Assembly: GCF_006345805.1 (NCBI RefSeq) | Contig: NW_021834347.1 | Coordinates: forward strand, 1-51,341 | Direction of reading: 5' to 3' | Length of the DNA stretch: 51,341 nucleotides | Source: Octopus sinensis | Lineage: Eukaryota | Shown here: in pieces, positions 46,989-51,341 of the stretch | Layout: every line of letters begins with the position of its first letter | Position numbering within the stretch: position 1 is the stretch's first letter | Translations under genes and position numbers: made by a program | The notes under the pieces: generated by a model | What the model was told of the DNA's origin: nothing | Databases searched by the model: none | Seen by the model: only the letters and a program-made list of their open reading frames with translations

Positions 46989-47249
46989 GTTATTTCCAAT
47001 ACTTTTTAATCCAGCATTTTAAAATCCTCTACTTTTGATTTAGTGTTTCTTAGCGTAAATCACCTTTATTATTTGTTATCAAAGATTAGTTCAATGTTAA
47101 CTCATGAGTTATGCTATAAGGTAAGATAATAAAAAAGCGTGTCATTGATATCTCACATATATTTGTAGAAGAGAACTCTTACAGCTATAACTTGTATTGT
47201 GTGGAGCTAATAATATCTAACCTATTGTGTTTTGTATTAATATTTTCAG

Positions 47250-47384
47250 AATGTGAAGCTGGTAGATTTGGTAGAAATTGTAGCAGGACATGTCATTGTA
47301 TCAACAACGAAAACTGCAACAGAATAACTGGAAAATGCTCAGATGGATGTTCTGCTGGATATAGAGGCGCCTTTTGTCAACAAA
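47250..47384 (+). CDS. Host exon: EGF-like repeat
   Basis: AG/GT bounded, 135 nt, phase 1-1; CEAGRFGRNCSRTCHC..CNRITGKCSDGCSAGYRG. Confidence 0.88.
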
Positions 47385-47647
47385 GTGTGATATGAAACTA
47401 TAACATATTTCATAAAATTATGTTTAAATCTCTGCATCAGATTCTTACTTTATCTTTCCTTTCATTTCATTAACGTGGTAATGGAGACGTAGACTAACCA
47501 ATATATTTTTCAAACTTACATTCATTAAATACTTCGTGAATTCATTTTGAGATATATTGAGATATATGGGTTCTATGCGCTTGTATGTATGCTGTACATA
47601 TGTATGGATATGTATTTGTACATATACATGTATATGTATTTATGCAT

Positions 47648-47722
<75 letters not shown>

Positions 47723-48677
47723 TATACTTTATTTTAAGCATATAGGATACCTCTGGGTATTTAAATGAATTTTTATGAGAATAAAATCTTGTTTTAAATG
47801 AATTATATATAGGATGTTATATTTTATTTTATATGTCTTTCGTATATATTTTTTATTAATGCACCCATTTTTTTTTTTTTTTTTTAAAAGCAATGTTTTT
47901 TTTTTAAAAAAAGCAATGTTGTCAAAATTAGAATGTTGATATAAGTATGTGTATAGCAAAGCATATGTATTTGTAAGCATGCGTATCTGTGTATGTGTAA
48001 GTGAGAGTATGTTTGTGCTTAAGCACACATATACACGACTGTATGTATATGTATCCATTCGAACTTGTGTATGTATACTTGTCTCCATATATGCCAATAA
48101 TGCCGTTACACAGCTTGTATACATAATTTTTTCTTATTTCGTTTTTTTCCCCACCCCCCCTTCGTTCCTTTTTCTCTCTCTCCCTTTCTTTCGCCCCCCC
48201 CTTACTCAGTATATGAGAATCGCTACATAGATGATTTTTAGCTTGCGTGCGAGATGGTTTGCGTGAATATATGTACGCATGCATTTAAGTGTATATTTAG
48301 ATTTATATTCATACGTCTGTATATGTATGGCGTTTGCGCGCATCCTTTTGAGTATGTTGATATATATATGTACATTTTAATATAAATATGTATTGCAGTG
48401 TAATATTTATAACAGGTTTAATTTCTATGCATTAATTTGCACTTTCTTCATTAACGTCAATATGTATTTTATTCAATGTAAGGATTTTTTCCTCGGATTT
48501 TATAATTTTTATAAGTTTTTTTATATATATATACATATATTTTTGACCTTTTTGTTTATCGCCCGAAGATTGACCGTTTTTTCTAAAGGGCCAATCAAAC
48601 AAGTCCATTTCTTTTTAAAGGTGTAGCGTTTGTAAGAGTATAGATTGAATCGATATATCGGTTCCATTCTAGGAAAA

Positions 48678-48711
48678 ACTGTCTGATGAACGGCAACGAG
48701 AAACTCAGAGT
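48678..48711 (+). ncRNA. Possible ultra-minimal hammerhead relic
   Basis: ACTGT-CTGATGA-A-CG(GCAA)CG-A-GAAAC-TC-AGAGT; only 2-bp stem II and no stem III. Confidence 0.35.
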
Positions 48712-49019
48712 AACAGATTTTGTTGAATTTTCTGCTGCTTAAAATAAAGCATATTACTCTACCACTGGTATTTGAGTACTCTTTTTTCCACCTTGTTTCA
48801 CATTTATGTGTTTACTCCGGTATACATATATATATATATGTGTGTGTGTGTGTATAAATATATATATATATATATGTATTTATGCTTATATATATATGTC
48901 TCTCTATATATATACATATAAATATATATATATGTGTGTGTGCGTATATGTATATAATATGTACATACATACGTATCTGTGTAATACACACATATATATA
49001 TATAGCTCACACACACATG

Positions 49020-50192
49020 TAACTTTTAAACAAATTATCTTAATATGGGGTAGGACCGCCTTTGGCACCTTCAATTGATTCCAATGGAATTTCTGTCCAT
49101 TTGTCAACAAAAACAATCTCCATTTCTTGTAGTTTTGATATCGATATGGTCGAGGGTATCGGCTCCTTACTTGTTTTCATAAATGCACAATAAATGCTCA
49201 ATAATATTGAGATCTGGTGACACTGGTGACCCGATGAACTTCACTTCACTAGAATGTTATTCCTGCCATTCAGTAACAACTTTAGCTGTGTGAATTGGTG
49301 CATCATCATCCTGAAAGATTGCGTTTCCCTCAGGAAACAGTTCTGCAACCACAGGATGAATTTGATGAGATAAAATGCTTAAATAGCCTTCACTATTAAT
49401 TCTGCCATGAAGGGAAACAATTGGGCCGGGGAATTTCCAAGATACATCCCTAACCCAGATCATCACAGATCCTCCTCCATATTTAACAGTTGGAAGAAGG
49501 CGGTCTGGGTTAAATGGTTCTTGCTTCTTCTTGTGGATCTCTCCACACGTAAACTCGACCGGTGGTCGGAAAAAGAGTGAAGAATGCTCTAGAACCAATT
49601 CTGAAGTTTTTTACTCCACCCTAAAAATATTGCGACGTTTGATTTTGAAAGGAGTCGTTTTCTGAATAAGTATTCCCGTAAAATCCGGATTTGTACAGCT
49701 CTCGGGAAACAGTTTTTGTGGAAACAGGATTCTCAAGGTGGTTCTTCAGCTCTGCAAGAATTTTGGGAACTGTACTTTTGTGATCCATTCTAACAATTTG
49801 CGTAGGAGTCCCTATTTGAAAGTTTTGGTTCTCTTCCGGAGTTTTGTTTCGAAGAGGAGGTTTTTCCCACTTTCTCAAAGGGTGCATTACTTTCAGGACA
49901 GTAGTTCTTGATAAACCAAACATTTCGGCTGTTTTTGTTATGCTAGCACCTGTCATATGAGTACTAACAATTTGACCTCTTTGAAAGTCCAATAGATGTG
50001 TTATTTTAATGGCTTTTAATTACCTTTTTCTAATGGTAACTGAAAAGAAACAGCAATTTTAGCAAAACATATTATGCGACAATAATAATAAATCAGAAAA
50101 TATATAAAAATTAATTTTTGATGGTTTTTATAGATATTTCAAAATTTTGATGCTATAATAGTTGGCGTTTGCATTATTTTGTCCAACCTCTG
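49020..50192 (-). mobile_element. Tc1-like transposon relic
   Basis: FQRGQIV..GASITKTAE, TVKYGGGSVMIW, IFQDDDAPIHTAK; probable TIR CAGAGGTTGGACAAAATAATG at 50192 next to TA; other TIR not found. Confidence 0.88.
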
Positions 50193-50455
50193 TATATATA
50201 CATCATAGATATAAGGTAGATGAGAAGACTTGAAGAAGACATACAGAAATCGATTGAACTAACGGGTAGGCTATAACATCCATGTAAAAAACGTAATTTC
50301 CATGAGATTAGGTATCATTAACAATCATCATCGCCATTTGACATCCGTTCTGTATGTTGTTAGCCATTGTGCGATTCTAGGTGTCCCAACCAGGATCCAT
50401 ATGGTTGGGAAGCAAGCTTCTTACTAAACTTTCATTCATTAATATCTCTATCACC

Positions 50456-50486
<31 letters not shown>

Positions 50487-50928
50487 CTAGTTTCAGCTTA
50501 TGAGCTGTGGCCATGCTGGGGCACCGCCATTTGGTGTTGCTACTTGGTTTCACTTCATGGAGGCTTTCTAGCAACTGCTATTTGGTGCATGAGAGAGTTC
50601 GATACAGCTGCCCTCATTTCTGATATAGGGAGGGGACGTATGCAAAGTTGGTGAAGGAAGTCGTTTGGCTGCTTGTGATTCTTTATAATTATCTATATTT
50701 GATATTTCATCGGATTTTATTTTACCCGAATACTTTCATCTTATTATCTGTAGTGACATTTCATTGATCCACTTTGAAATACAATGAGGAATCAAGTATA
50801 TACTCATCTCTATATAGTGTCAGTAATGCTAAAAGTAATAACAATATCTAGCATATTAAGTCATCCATACTATGTCATAAAACTCTTATAATAGCAATTC
50901 ATGGCTAATGTTTTTTTTATTATCTCAG

Positions 50929-51057
50929 AATGTCACAATGGTAAATTTGGTTCCGAATGCTCAAAGTCCTGTCAATGTTCCCAAACATGTAACCACATAA
51001 ATGGATCGTGTCCAGGTGTGTGTGATGCAGGATACACCGGAGACAACTGCCAAGCAG
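50929..51057 (+). CDS. Host exon: EGF-like repeat (paralogue of 46860-46988)
   Basis: AG/GT bounded, 129 nt, phase 1-1. Confidence 0.88.
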
Positions 51058-51318
51058 GTTATTTCCAATACTTTTTATTCCAGCATTTTAAAATTCTCTA
51101 CATTTGATTTTGTGTTTCTTAGCGTAAATCAACTTTCTTATTTATCATCCAAGACTACTTCAATGTTAACTCATAAGTTATGCTTTAAGGTAAGAAAATA
51201 AAAAAGCATGTCATTGATATCTCTCATATATTTGTAGATGAGAGCTCCTACAGCCATAACTTTTATTGTATGGAGCTAATAATATCTAATCTATTGTGTT
51301 TTGTTTTAATATTTTCAG

Positions 51319-51341
51319 AATGTGTAGGTGGTAGTTTTGGT
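51319..51341 (+). CDS. Host exon start (paralogue of 47250), runs off the right edge
   Basis: ATTTTCAG|AATGTGTAGGTGGTAGTTTTGGT (CVGGSFG); upstream intron homologous to 47000-47250. Confidence 0.7.

Overview
Eukaryotic, AT-rich, repeat-dense DNA. The microsatellite, SINE and LINE landscape resembles a cephalopod (octopus-like) genome, but that is inference. The only host-gene signal is six phase-1/phase-1 exons on + from 38750 to the right edge: the C-terminal half of an F-type-lectin/discoidin-like domain, then EGF-like repeats with a duplicated two-exon cassette. The rest is mobile DNA: two R4/Dong-type RLE LINEs next to (TAA)n, two CR1-type LINE fragments, mariner and Tc1 relics, Helitron helicase relics, non-autonomous Helitrons, tRNA-derived SINEs and several Penelope-like elements (PLEs), one with an intact 895-aa RT+GIY-YIG ORF. 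The most striking signal is RNA structure that the ORF track does not show. The window holds about a dozen type I hammerhead ribozyme (HHR) motifs from several families, most with a palindromic stem III. Five sit in a non-coding ~600-bp monomer inserted twice as tandem-plus-inverted concatemers in (TA)n. These concatemers have the same topology as the autonomous PLE at 18022-24660, which has one similarly built HHR per 3.65-kb unit. This looks like a retrozyme-like, possibly circular-RNA, non-autonomous element and a candidate PLE helper. All folds were read by eye and none were computed.
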